This document shows, piece by piece, positions 25,501-46,749 of a DNA stretch of 64,000 nt (the stretch's first letter is position 1; each line of letters begins with the position of its first letter). Below the pieces are notes generated by a model that was given only the letters and a program-made list of their open reading frames with translations, ran no database searches and was not told the origin of the DNA. The stretch comes from Macrostomum lignano (lineage: Eukaryota): NCBI GenBank assembly GCA_002269645.1, contig NIVC01000468.1:16674-80673 (forward strand). Direction: 5' to 3'. The translations under genes and the position numbers were made by a program.

Positions 25501-27392
25501 AGTCACTATGACCACTCAGTCACTATGACCACTCAGTCACTATGACCACTCAATCACTATGATAACTCAGTCACTATGACCACTCAATCACTATGATAAC
25601 TCAGTCACTATGACCACTCAGTCACTGTGACCACTCAGTCACTATGACCACTCAGTCACTATGACCACTCAGTCACTATGACCACTCAGTCACTATGACC
25701 ACTCAATCACTATGACCACTCAGTCACTATGATCACTCAGTCACCATGGTCACTCAGTCACTATGACCACTCAGTCACTATGACCACTCAGTCACTATGA
25801 TCACTCAGTCACCATGACCACTCAGTCACTATGACCACTCAGTCACTATGATCACTCAGTCACTATGACCACTCAGTCACTATGACCACTCAGTCACTAT
25901 GACCACTCAGTCACTATGACCACTCAGTCACTATGACCACTCAGTCACTATGACCACTCAGTCACTATGACCACTCAGTCACTATGACCACTCAGTCACT
26001 ATGACCACTCAATCACTATGATAACTCAGTCACTATGACCACTCAGTCACTATGACCACTCAGTCACTATGACCACTCAGTCACTATGACCACTCAGTCA
26101 CTATGACCACTCAGTCACTATGACCACTCAGTCACTATGACCACTCAATCACTATGATAACTCAGTCACTATGACCACTCAGTCACTATGACCACTCAGT
26201 CACTATGACCACTCAGTCACTATGACCACTCAGTCACTATGACCACTCAATCACTATGACCACTCAGTCACTATGATCACTCAGTCACTATGACCACTCA
26301 ATCACCATGACCACTCAGTCACTATGACCACTCAGTCACTATGACCACTTAGTCACTATGACCACTCAGTCACTATGATCACTCAGTCACTATGACCACT
26401 CAGTCACTATGACCACTCAGTCACTATGACCACTCAGTCACTATGACCACTCAGTCACTATGACCACTCAGTCACTATGACCACTCAGTCACTGTGACCA
26501 CTCAGTCACTATGACCACTCAGTCACTATGACCACTCAGTCACTATGACCACTCAGTCACTATGACCACTCAGTCACTATGACCACTCAGTCACTATGAC
26601 CACTCAGTCACTATGACCACTCAGTCACTGTGACCACTCAGTCACTATGACCACTCAGTCACCATGACCACTCAGTCACTATGACCACTCAGTCACTATG
26701 ACCACTCAGTCACTATGACCACTCAGTCACTATGACCACTCAGTCACTATGACCACTCAGTCACTATGACCACTCAGTCACTATGACCACTCAGTCACTA
26801 TGGCCACTCAGTCACTATGACCACTCAAATATGAAAACAACCCCTACCCGCAGCTTACCACACCAAATGCGTGGACCCGTGGCTGCTGAAAAGCCGCAGC
26901 ACCTGCCCAGTGTGCAAGCGCCGGGTTTTTCCCGGCTCAGCCGACTCCGAAGGCGAAGACGACGATCGCGAAGGCCCCGGCTTGGCGAACGACGGCGCCG
27001 GCCCGTCGTCGGCTTCATCTGGAGCGGCGCCCGATCTGCCGACAGATCTGGACGCCGAGTCTCAGCGGTCGGAGCAGCGCCCGCCGCCTTCCCCGTCGCA
27101 GTCGTCGTCCACCTCGCTGCTGACGGCCATGCAGGACGAGCGGACGCCGCTGTTGAATCCGCAGCAGCTGGAGGAGTCAGCGACTCTGCTGGACCCGGCT
27201 GATTCTGCGCCTGCTCCTCCTGATTCTGGCGACGGCCGCGTTGGCACCTTTGACAATGCCGCTCTCGACAGCGACAATCAGCTGGACGCCGCCGATGAGA
27301 CCGCCGCGTCTTCCTCGAGTGTCAGCGTTCGCGTCGTCGTGCACAGCGGCGGCCCGCCGCCAGCAGAGGAGCTTCGGCAGCCCGAAGTTTAA
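22536..27392 (+). CDS. RNF13: PA-TM-RING-H2 E3 ubiquitin ligase (RNF13/RNF167/Goliath family), 7 exons, about 435 aa
   Basis: Exons 22536-22610 (signal peptide MLFAVTGFLIVAVTSVLS), 22704-22793, 22909-23134 (PA domain NACHSV, CPFDVKVLNAQTAGYNAVLVQN), 23581-23780 (TM), 24744-24837, 24918-25001, 26854-27392; all phases consistent; RING-H2 CAICLEDF...[30 protein letters not shown]. RNF13 vs RNF167 orthology not resolved. Confidence 0.9.
23165..23520. repeat. G-rich 15-bp minisatellite (GGGATCTGGGAGTTG) filling most of RNF13 intron 3
   Basis: Period 15 (TGGGG at 23281 and 23296). Confidence 0.93.
24033..24720. repeat. 21/26-bp minisatellite (ATCCATTGCTTATTCAGACAA and ...TCAGTGCAATCAT) in RNF13 intron 4
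   Basis: Period 21 (24423, 24444) mixed with 26-bp variants; degenerates to TTGCCTGTTGCTCATTCGGTCATA near the acceptor at 24743. Confidence 0.93.
25070..26825. repeat. 17-bp minisatellite (GTCACTATGACCACTCA), about 100 copies, filling RNF13 intron 6
   Basis: Period 17 (25201, 25218); degenerate seed copies at 25070-25140; splits the RING domain exons. Confidence 0.97.
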
Positions 27393-27576
27393 CTAAAGAA
27401 ATAAACAGATTTTCTGTGACCAATTTCTGTGAAGCTGAATGAAAACAAAGACAGGAATTTGAATCGGATTTTAATGGAAGAAAGAATTCAGTTTGATGAA
27501 GAGTTGCATGGATGAATTTTCACTCCTGTTGTAAATTAGTTAGAGTTATGAAGTTGGCTAAAACTTGTGTGAAGAC

Positions 27577-28250
27577 GGGATGGAAATCCTAGGGACTTGT
27601 GGGGATTAATCTGTTTAATATCGGGATGGAAATCCTAGGGATTTGTGGGGATTAATCTGTTCAATATTGGGATGGAAATCCTAGGGATCTGTGGGGATTA
27701 ATCTGTTCAATATCGGGATGGAAATCCTAGGGATTTGTGGGGATTAATCTGTTCAATATCGGGATGGAAATCCTAGGGATTTGTGGGGATTAATCTGTTC
27801 AATATCGGGATGGAAATCCTAGGGATTTGTGGGGATTAATCTGTTCAATATCGGGATGGAAATCCTAGGGATTTGTGGGGATTAATCTGTTCAATATCGG
27901 GATGGAAATCCTGGGGATTTGTGGAGATTAATCTGTTCAATATTGGGATGGAAATCCTAGGGATTTGTGGGGATTAATCTGTTCAATATTGGGATGGAAA
28001 TCCTAGGGATTTGTGGGGATTAATCTGTTCAATATTGGGATGGAAATCCTAGGGATTTGTGGGGATTAATCTGTTCAATATTGGGATGGAAATCCTAGGG
28101 ATTTGTGGGGATTAATCTGTTCAATATTGGGATGGAAATCCTAGGGATTTGTGGAGATTAATCTGTTCAATATTGGGATCGAAATCCTAGGGATTTGTGG
28201 AGATTAATCTGTTCAATATTGGGATGGAAATTCTAGGGATTTGTGGGGAT
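27577..28250. repeat. 46-bp minisatellite (GGGATGGAAATCCTAGGGATTTGTGGGGATTAATCTGTTCAATATC), about 14-15 copies, downstream of the RNF13 stop
   Basis: Period 46 (27761, 27807). Confidence 0.95.
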
Positions 28251-28779
28251 AAAGTCCCAACTAATGAGGATGGACAGCGTAAAAAATATTATGTAATGTT
28301 AAGATTTAAAATTCAAAGTAATTGAGTTCGTGAAACTCCATTTCTGACTGTATTAATAAACAATTCTATCAAGATTTCCACCTTCCAACTGTGAATCTGT
28401 CAAAGTTTCTACAAAATAGTTGAGACAGCTCGGAACTTTCAAAAACTTCATCATTGAAGCCACTACAAATGTAATTATTTTTTCATTGGCATTCCGCCCC
28501 TTACTTATTTGGCATTGAATGGCGCATGCGGAGCGCTGGTGGCTGTGCCTGTGTCAGAGTTTGCTGTTGACCCAGATCTATTTATTTATTATTATTAATA
28601 TTTTTATTGGGTGATGCCTGCTATGAATTAGATTTTTTATCAATTCATCTTTGCCGTTTTCAGCACTATTTTGATTTGTATATATGTGGAATAGACTGAA
28701 CAGTCTACTTATAGTAGCCTTCGCTGCGTTTCTATTGCTCATTCTGTTTGTTACTCATGGCGCGAAACTCAAACACACC

Positions 28780-29145
28780 CTCTCCCTCTCCCTCCCCCTC
28801 TCCTCTCCCTCCCTTCTCCCTCTCCTCTCCTCCCTTCTCCCTCCCTTCTCCCTCTCCTCTCCATTCTCCCTCTCCCTTCTCCCTCTCCTCTCCCTTCTTC
28901 TCCCTCTCCTCTCCCTCCCTTCTTCCTCTCCCTCTCCCTACCTCTCCCTCTCCTTCCTCTCCCTCTCCCTACCTCTCCCTCTTCTCCCTTCTCCCTCTCT
29001 CCTTGTCCCCCTTCTTTACCCCTCTCTCTTCCTATTCACTCTCTTGCCTCTCCCTTACTCTCGGCTCCCCTCTCCCCTCTCCTCCCCTCTCCCTCTCCCT
29101 CTTCCCATCTCTCCCCTGTTTCTCAGTCTCCACCTCCCTCTCAGT
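28780..29145. repeat. Low-complexity polypyrimidine (CT-rich) tract
   Basis: Almost exclusively C/T on the plus strand. Confidence 0.9.
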
Positions 29146-29724
29146 CTCCCCGCCGCTCTCAGCTCAGCAGTGTCGCAGTCGCACTAGACGAAGGTGCTTG
29201 CCCCGTATTGTCCGTGTACATTGTTTTCCATCAGAATTGATGAATTTTAAACATGTTTTATTTTTGTATTTGAGTACGATAAAAATATACACTACTTACT
29301 ATCTTCATATTTGCGATTCAGTTTGTACTCTCCGACCTTAACGGAAATGTTTTGCTTCGTTCGTTTTTTTATTGACCTAATTATTTAACTCAATGAGGCA
29401 CAGCTTCTCGGCTTGAGTTGGTACCGCTAATGTAGCCAATGTGCGGGTGATACTTTTCATTGCTAATTGCAATTTTTCGACTGATTTACGAGTATTAGGC
29501 TTCTGTCTTGCCGAGGATCGCAGCACAGCTTGCAGCTGGAATGTTAGCTCTAGCGGGTTTTTATAGAGAATTCAGTGTAAAGCCTGAATAATAAGTAGTA
29601 CGAACGCGTATCTTTACTGCTTTTTAATTAGGAAGAAAGCAAGAAATTCCTAAACGACTCATTTTGTTATTTGTTTAGTTTAGCTGAAAAATGTGACACT
29701 CGGGATTTTGGAGGAGTGTTGAGA

Positions 29725-32160
29725 AGTGTCCACAGAGTACTGGTGCAGTGGATGAGGTGTCCACAGAGTACTGGTGCAGTGGATGAGGTGTCCACAGAGT
29801 ACCGGTGCAGTGGATGAGGTGTCCACAGAGTACCGGTGCAGTGGATGAGGTGTCCACAGAGTACCGGTGCAGTGGATGAGGTGTCCACAGAGTACCGGTG
29901 CAGTGGATGAGGTGTCCACAGAGTACCGGTGCAGTGGATGAAAGTGTCCACAGAGTACCGGTGCAGTGGATGAGGTGTCCACAGAGTACCGGTGCAGTGG
30001 ATGAGGTGTCCACAGAGTACCGGTGCAGTGGATGAAAGTGTCAACAGAGTACCGGTGCAGTGGATGAGATTCCAAAGAGTACCGGTGCAGTGGATGAGGT
30101 GTCCACAGAGTACCGGTGCAGTGGATGAAAGTGTCAACAGAGTACCGGTGCAGTGGATGAGATTCCAAAGAGTACCGGTGCAGTGGATGAGGTGTCCACA
30201 GAGTACCGGTGCAGTGGATGAAAGTGTCCACAGAGTACCGGTGCAGTGGATGAGGTGTCCACAGAGTACCGGTGCAGTGGATGAGGTGTCCATAGAGTAC
30301 CGGTGCAGTGGATGAGGTGTCCACAGAGTACCGGTGCAGTGGATGAGGTGTCCACAGAGTACCGGTGCAGTGGATGAGGTGTCCACAGAGTACCGGTGCA
30401 GTGGATGAGGTGTCCACAGAGTACCGGTGCAGTGGATGAGGTGTCCACAGAGTACCGGTGCAGTGGATGAGGTGTCCACAGAGTACCGGTGCAGTGGATG
30501 AGGTGTCCACAGAGTACCGGTGCAGTGGATGAAAGTGTCAACAGAGTACCGGTGCAGTGGATGAAAGTGTCAACAGAGTACCGGTGCAGTGGATGAGATT
30601 CCAAAGAGTACCGGTGCAGTGGATGAGGTGTCCACAGAGTACCGGTGCAGTGGATGAGATTCCAAAGAGTACCGGTGCAGTGGATGAGGTGTCCACAGAG
30701 TACCGGTGCAGTGGATGAAAGTGTCAACAGAGTACCGGTGCAGTGGATGAGATTCCAAAGAGTACCGGTGCAGTGGATGAGGTGTCCACAGAGTACCGGT
30801 GCAGTGGATGAAAGTGTCCACAGAGTACCGGTGCAGTGGATGAGGTGTCCACAGAGTACCGGTGCAGTGGATGAGGTGTCCACAGAGTACCGGTGCAGTG
30901 GATGAAAGTGTCCACAGAGTACCGGTGCAGTAGATGAGGTGTCCACAGAGTACAGGTGCAGTGGATGAGGTGTCCACAGAGTACCGGTGCAGTGGATCAG
31001 GTGTCAACAGAGTACCGGTGCAGTGGATGAAAGTGTCCACAGAGTACCGGTGCAGTGGATGAGGTGTCCACAGAGTACCGGTGCAGTGGATGAGGTGTCC
31101 ACAGAGTACCGGTGCAGTGGATGAGGTGTCAACAGAGTACCGGTGCAGTAGATGAGGTGTCCACAGAGTACTGGTGCAGTGGATGAAAGTGTCCACAGAG
31201 TACCGGTGCAGTGGATGAGGTGTCAACAGAGTACCGGTGCAGTGGATGAGGTGTCCAAAGAGTACCGGTGCAGTGGATGAGGTGTCCACAGAGTACCGGT
31301 GCAGTGGATGAAAGTGTCAACAGAGTACCGGTGCAGTGGATGAGGTGTCCACAGAGTACCGGTGCAGTGGATGAAAGTGTCCACAGAGTACCGGTGCAGT
31401 GGATGAAAGTGTCAACAGAGTACCGGTGCAGTGGATGAGATTCCAAAGAGTACCGGTGCAGTGGATGAGGTGTCCACAGAGTACCGGTGCAGTGGATGAA
31501 AGTGTCAACAGAGTACCGGTGCAGTGGATGAGATTCCAAAGAGTACCGGTGCAGTGGATGAGGTGTCCACAGAGTACCGGTGCAGTGGATGAAAGTGTCA
31601 ACAGAGTACCGGTGCAGTGGATGAGGTGTCCACAGAGTACCGGTGCAGTGGATGAGGTGTCCACAGAGTACCGGTGCAGTGGATGAGGTGTCCACAGAGT
31701 ACCGGTGCAGTGGATGAAAGTGTCAACAGAGTACCGGTGCAGTGGATGAGGTGTCCACAGAGTACCGGTGCAGTGGATGAGGTGTCCACAGAGTACCGGT
31801 GCAGTGGATGAAAGTGTCCACAGAGTACCGGTGCAGTGGATGAAAGTGTCCACAGAGTACCGGTGCAGTAGATGAGGTGTCCACAGAGTACCGGTGCAGT
31901 GGATGAAAGTGTCCACAGAGTACCGGTGCAGTGGATGAGGTGTCCACAGAGTACCGGTGCAGTGGATGAGGTGTCCACAGAGTACCGGTGCAGTGGATGA
32001 GGTGTCCACAGAGTACCGGTGCAGTGGATGAAAGTGTCCACAGAGTACCGGTGCAGTGGATGAAAGTGTCCACAGAGTACCGGTGCAGTAGATGAGGTGT
32101 CCACAGAGTACCGGTGCAGTGGATGAGGTGTCCACAGATAAGGTGTCCACAGAGTATCGG
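29725..32160. repeat. 31-bp satellite (GTGTCCACAGAGTACCGGTGCAGTGGATGAG) with 30- and 32-bp variants, about 78 copies
   Basis: Period 31 (29761, 29792); recurring variants GATGAAAGTGTCAACAG and GATGAGATTCCAAAG. Confidence 0.97.
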
Positions 32161-32719
32161 TTTGCAGAATCACCTTCTAGGGGGGGGGGGGGTTCAAGTT
32201 ATTTGCTCACTCAAGAACTAGCAAGCCTCAGTCTCTGAGAAGTGTCTGGGTTGACGCGGGGGCTCTCCGCCACCGAGCAGTGTCAGCCCAGTTTTCGGAG
32301 CAACTAACTGGACAGAGATTTATCGCCATTTTCTCAGTGAGCCCCAGTTTATATTGACCTGTCGGCGAAGCGGAGTTCGTTTTATTTATTACGCTCGCAT
32401 CATGGTCTTATTCTGAGTCGCGGTCCCGAGAATGCACTTTTAATAAGTCCAATAATACGTAACTTGCAGTAGTTTGTCAGGCAAAAATATTCTTACAGGG
32501 CCTGTCAATGTTTGGTTCGGACAGAAAAAGATTTTTCCCGATTTCGCTTGGCCGCGCAGGTGATTAATTTCCATGGTAGAAGAAACAGTACGTTTTTACT
32601 GGCTCAGTGTTACCTTACTTACCTTACCTTACCTTAAAATGCAGTTTGATTACACTGCAACTGCTGCCCATTATTGTCACTCTTCTAAAGTTAACTGCAT
32701 ATCATCCTTATCCCTTCAT

Positions 32720-33325
32720 CTCACTTATGAATATCTCATCCCTTCATCTCACTCATGAACATCTCATCCCTTCATCTCACTCATGAACATCTCACTCATG
32801 AACATCTCATCCCTTCATCTCACTCATGAACATCTCATCCCTTCATCTCACTCATGAACATCTCATCCCTTCATCTCACTCATGAACATCTCATCCCTTC
32901 ATCTCACTCATGAACATCTCATCCCTTCATCTCACTCATGAACATCTCATCCCTTCATCTCACTCATGAACATCTCATCCCTTCATCTCACTCATGAACA
33001 TCTCATCCCTTCATCTCACTCATGAACATCTCATCCCTTCATCTCACTCATGAACATCTCATCCCTTCATCTCACTCATGAACATCTCATCCCTTCATCT
33101 CACTCATGAACATCTCATCCCTTCATCTCACTCATGAACATCTCATCCCTTCATCTCACTCATGAACATCTCATCCCTTCATCTCACTCATGAACATCTC
33201 ATCCCTTCATCTCACTCATGAACATCTCATCCCTTCATCTCACTCATGAACATCTCATCCCTTCATCTCACTCATGAACATCTCATCCCTTCATCTCACT
33301 CATGAACATCTCATCCCCTCAGCTC
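32720..33325. repeat. 28-bp minisatellite (CATCTCATCCCTTCATCTCACTCATGAA), about 21 nearly identical copies
   Basis: Period 28 (32831, 32859). Confidence 0.96.
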
Positions 33326-33949
33326 ACGTCTTATCCCTTCATCCCTTCGTATACCGCATTGTCACCCCCACGCCTTGAATGTGAATCTCATACCTTCATG
33401 TAAATCTCTGTCGAAATTTCAATTGCTTAAATTAAATATTTGGAGTATAATTCGATAAATCCGATGAACTAGAATCAGCAGAAATATTTATCCTTGTATC
33501 GACTCAGAAAGAGGCTCTGTCACCAGTGTAGAAGTCTAACAGGCTAGATAGACAAACATCGCCCTCTCACAGACATTTTATCTCTTTATTTACTCAGTGA
33601 GAAGCGATGCAAACTGGCTGATACGAGCAGGCTGGTTGGACAGTTGAGGCATACAGTTGGTTGTCCACCTGCTGCATGAATGCCTGGAAAAATGACAACC
33701 CAGCTGGTAAAGTGCAGGCCGCATTTAGCTAAGTGAAACTCCAGTAATGCTGTTTGCTGCTGTGCAGGCAAGAAATGAGAAGATCCCGGCGGGACCACGC
33801 CATTGGTTCGAATTTCAGCATCCACTGCCCTAGTAACAGTTCCGTGTTTTTATCCCGAGACCGGACTCACCCTGAGCCTCGCCCTTCCTCTCTTGAGTAG
33901 CTATCTAATAAGCTACGGAGTTCTCTGATTCCTCTCCGAGCATGTACAG

Positions 33950-43654
<9,705 letters not shown>

Positions 43655-44903
43655 AGAGACGCAGCTTGGCTGGCAACATCTGCAACTGGGCATATTTTTA
43701 TGTCAATATTAATGCGATGATAAGCTTTCGCATTACATTTCTGTACTGGTGTTAAATGACAGTTTTCACCTGTGTCATTCGTGCGTTTTTTTCGCGCATT
43801 ATTTTACCTGGACAATTCATGGACAGCTAAAGTACGAAGGAAGGACGCTAAACTCGCAATTTTTGTGATCCTCTTGGAAGGCCGGAAAGGCGTTATAGAG
43901 ATATACAGTGAACCTCAGACCAACCAGATGCTTTGCAACTTTCGAGTTGATTTTCTGAACTTCAGAAGGCTCGAGACACGAGCTATCCTCGATTTAGTGC
44001 TGCAAAACTGAAACGTCGCATCTCGACAAAATGTTTTCCACGACTGATGAAATTTTCACTAATTTCGAGAGTAGCGTCCCCTCCTGCTGCTCTGCCAACA
44101 CTACCAGCTCGTATTCAAGGCTGCTTAAAAGCATTACAGTAATAAATTACCTGAATTATTCACACGCGTACGTTTGAATCGTCAATATTGAATCGGCAAT
44201 ATAATCGTATTTTTTTGTTTTAAATGCCTTCCCGATTTTTCGAAAAAAAGTTTTGTATTTTATCAGCGAGTTAGATGGAGATGCTTCGATCGAAGATTTC
44301 CCAAGGAAATCCGGAAATTTCGGCAATTGCCTCCTCCAACTGCGCACCAGCCGTCGCTACGGACGTATACGGATCCGGAAATCGCCGAAAAGTGATAAAA
44401 CATTTTCGCATTTCATTTTGCGCGCAATACGCCATGCCCACGGGAATCAGAGGAGCCAGTTAGAAATTTCCGAATGAGATAAAGCAGTAAACACGCAGGA
44501 CAAAAGCATTTTTCCAAGTCTTGGCAACAGACTAAGTGAATAATATCCCGAGTGTACTTTTAGCTCAAACGCTGGTTGAGCGAATCCAACTCGTTGGGGA
44601 AAGTTTTTGCATTATAAAGCTTTTGTAAAAGGTATAAAAGGCAAATTTACGAAGTAATCTATGGAGTATGAGCAGTAATTCATATCTAAAGCTGAGGAAA
44701 AAGTCGTTTTAATTGAGTGAGTTATCGATTTTAAACAAAGCCGAGGTCTAGGTAGAGCTCCTGATGAGCTGGTATTGTTAAACATGGCTAAATAAATACA
44801 TAAATAATAAAATAATTTACAAGTTTACTTAAATTAACAAGTAACGCGCATGCTAGTCGTCCGTGGTTCGAATCGATTTACTAACCTTGAAGAAAAAATC
44901 TCT

Positions 44904-46064
44904 CTACCGACGCCAGTACCCGCCGCCCGCGCCGTTGCTGCCTCCGCCCCAGAATGACGGCGGCGCCTGCCTGAGCTGCTGCTGCCGCTGGTACCGCTGG
45001 CTGTTGAGCTCCATGACGTTCGCAGCCGACTGGTGCCGCCGCCGCTGCTGCTGGTGCTGGTGCTGGTAGCTCTGCTCGGCCCGGAGAGATGACGGCGAAG
45101 TTGGCAGCAGGAGACGCCGTCTGACTGCGCCGGGCGTCGACGTGGAGGCCGCAATGGTAGCCGTCCGCCGGCAGGTCGCGGCCAGATGAGGACTCGACGT
45201 GAACACGAAGCGGCTGGCGCTGCCCAGGTCCTGGATGCCCCGGCCGATGGGCCGCATTGTGGTGATCTCCACCTCCTCGTACACCTCCGAAGGTTTGAAG
45301 GTTGCCGTCCGCTGCGTGCAGGCGAACTCAAACGGCGGCTCCGAGTTGCCGCGCCGGCGACGTCGCGGATCTTCGGCCGCGGCCAGTGAGTCGCTGCTGC
45401 CACCGCCGAAGCCGGCCGCGCAGCTGCGACCGTCGGAGGTGAACAGTCGGCCCCGTCGAATGCTGGCCATGGCCTGGTCCAGGCACCGCTCCAGGTCGCT
45501 GAGCCGCGTGTCCAGCCCGCCGCTGTCCTGCTTCCGGTGCTGCACAACAATTCGCGCCTGACGCTGATGTTGCTGTATCTGCTTCTGTTGCTTCTGCTGC
45601 TGCTGCTGCTGCTGCCTCCGCCTGGCTTCCTGGCGCCGAATGCCAGCCACGCGGACTCGGTCGCGCCAGTCAGTCGGCCCGTGCAGCCGGGCCGCCGAGT
45701 CCACGTAGAACAGGCGGTCGGCCCGATGCCGGAAACTGACGTCGGTTCGGGCGGCCCAGCCGGCGTCCTCCGGGCGGATGTTGCTGACGGTCAGCTCGCT
45801 GCAGTGCACCGTCGTGTTGGCCGCCATTGCGCCCCGGCAGCTGGCCATGTCGGAGCTGTCCAGGTCGTCCGTCACGGGGCTGCCCAACGAGGAGGAACGT
45901 GAGGTGTCGCCGCGGTCGTTCACGGCGTCAAGCTGATGCTCCCTGAGGGCGGTGGTCTTTTCTACAGTGCGCACGGGGCCGCCGAGCTGGCGGGCGAGCA
46001 CAGAGGTGACGGTCCCGCAGCAGGAGGCCACGTTGCTGTCCTGCTGGCGGTGCCGGGCCTCCAT
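44904..46064 (-). CDS. Uncharacterised 386-aa ORF (possibly a terminal exon) with poly-Gln, predicted coiled segment and a degenerate WW-like motif
   Basis: 1161-bp non-repetitive GC-rich ORF with gene-like codon composition; GWAARTD...DRLFYVDSAAR resembles the WW core; an in-frame TAA lies about 45 nt upstream of the ATG. Confidence 0.6.
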   Translation of the reverse strand: MEARHRQQDSNVASCCGTVTSVLARQLGGPVRTVEKTTALREHQLDAVNDRGDTSRSSSLGSPVTDDLDSSDMASCRGAMAANTTVHCSELTVSNIRPEDAGWAARTDVSFRHRADRLFYVDSAARLHGPTDWRDRVRVAGIRRQEARRRQQQQQQQKQQKQIQQHQRQARIVVQHRKQDSGGLDTRLSDLERCLDQAMASIRRGRLFTSDGRSCAAGFGGGSSDSLAAAEDPRRRRRGNSEPPFEFACTQRTATFKPSEVYEEVEITTMRPIGRGIQDLGSASRFVFTSSPHLAATCRRTATIAASTSTPGAVRRRLLLPTSPSSLRAEQSYQHQHQQQRRRHQSAANVMELNSQRYQRQQQLRQAPPSFWGGGSNGAGGGYWRR

Positions 46065-46749
46065 GCGTCGCGGGGCGAGCCGAATAGCAAAGTGGCTTGG
46101 CCGAGCTGCTTACTGCGTGCGCCAGTCGAAGCAGGAGAGGCTGCGGAGTGGCAGGCAGGACGGGGTTGCCCTGCTGGGCCATGGCTAGATATTGGGCTGC
46201 AGCAGCTGTTTGCAACAGCTTTGCTAGCAAATTCGAACAGCCAACCCGTGCAGCCTCCGCTCGGCCGGAGCCTCTCTTTCCATCCGCCTGTGCCTGCCTT
46301 CGTCGATTGCCTCCCGTGCAGCCATCGCAGGTGAAAGCTAAACGAAAACGGAGAGTTCAGAGGGATCGGCCTCCCTGTCGCTGGCGCCATTCTTGGCCCG
46401 AGTTACGCCGCAAAACTGGCGGCTGAAGTACGGAGGCATAGTACGCCACGCTGCGCTGCCTGTGCGCGAATTCGCACAGCCATCCCTTTCTCTCTCTCTG
46501 TCCCCTGTTCCCAAACCCAGGCGGATTGCAATATCCATGGAGTGATTTTTATGCCCGCCGGGAATCAAGAATAAAGTCCTTAAGCCAGCGGTCCATCGCT
46601 AGCACTTTGCGCACCAGAAATGTCTTCTCCCCCCTCTCCGTTTCGCCCTCCCGGTGGTTCGTTTCGCCATCTAGAAGTAGCGGCAGCAGCGGCCAGTTCG
46701 CGGCATAGCAAGCTAGTTGGGAATAATCAGGAATTCCACGCTGCAATTT

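Noticed and set aside
29667-32173. Many ORFs, and a CRISPR-like appearance of the 31-bp array
   Set aside because: Head-to-tail monomers with no unique spacers, no cas genes, eukaryotic context.
44860-44880. B-box-like GGTTCGAATC (also GAATCGAACCC near 23795)
   Set aside because: Isolated motif with no cloverleaf or A-box.
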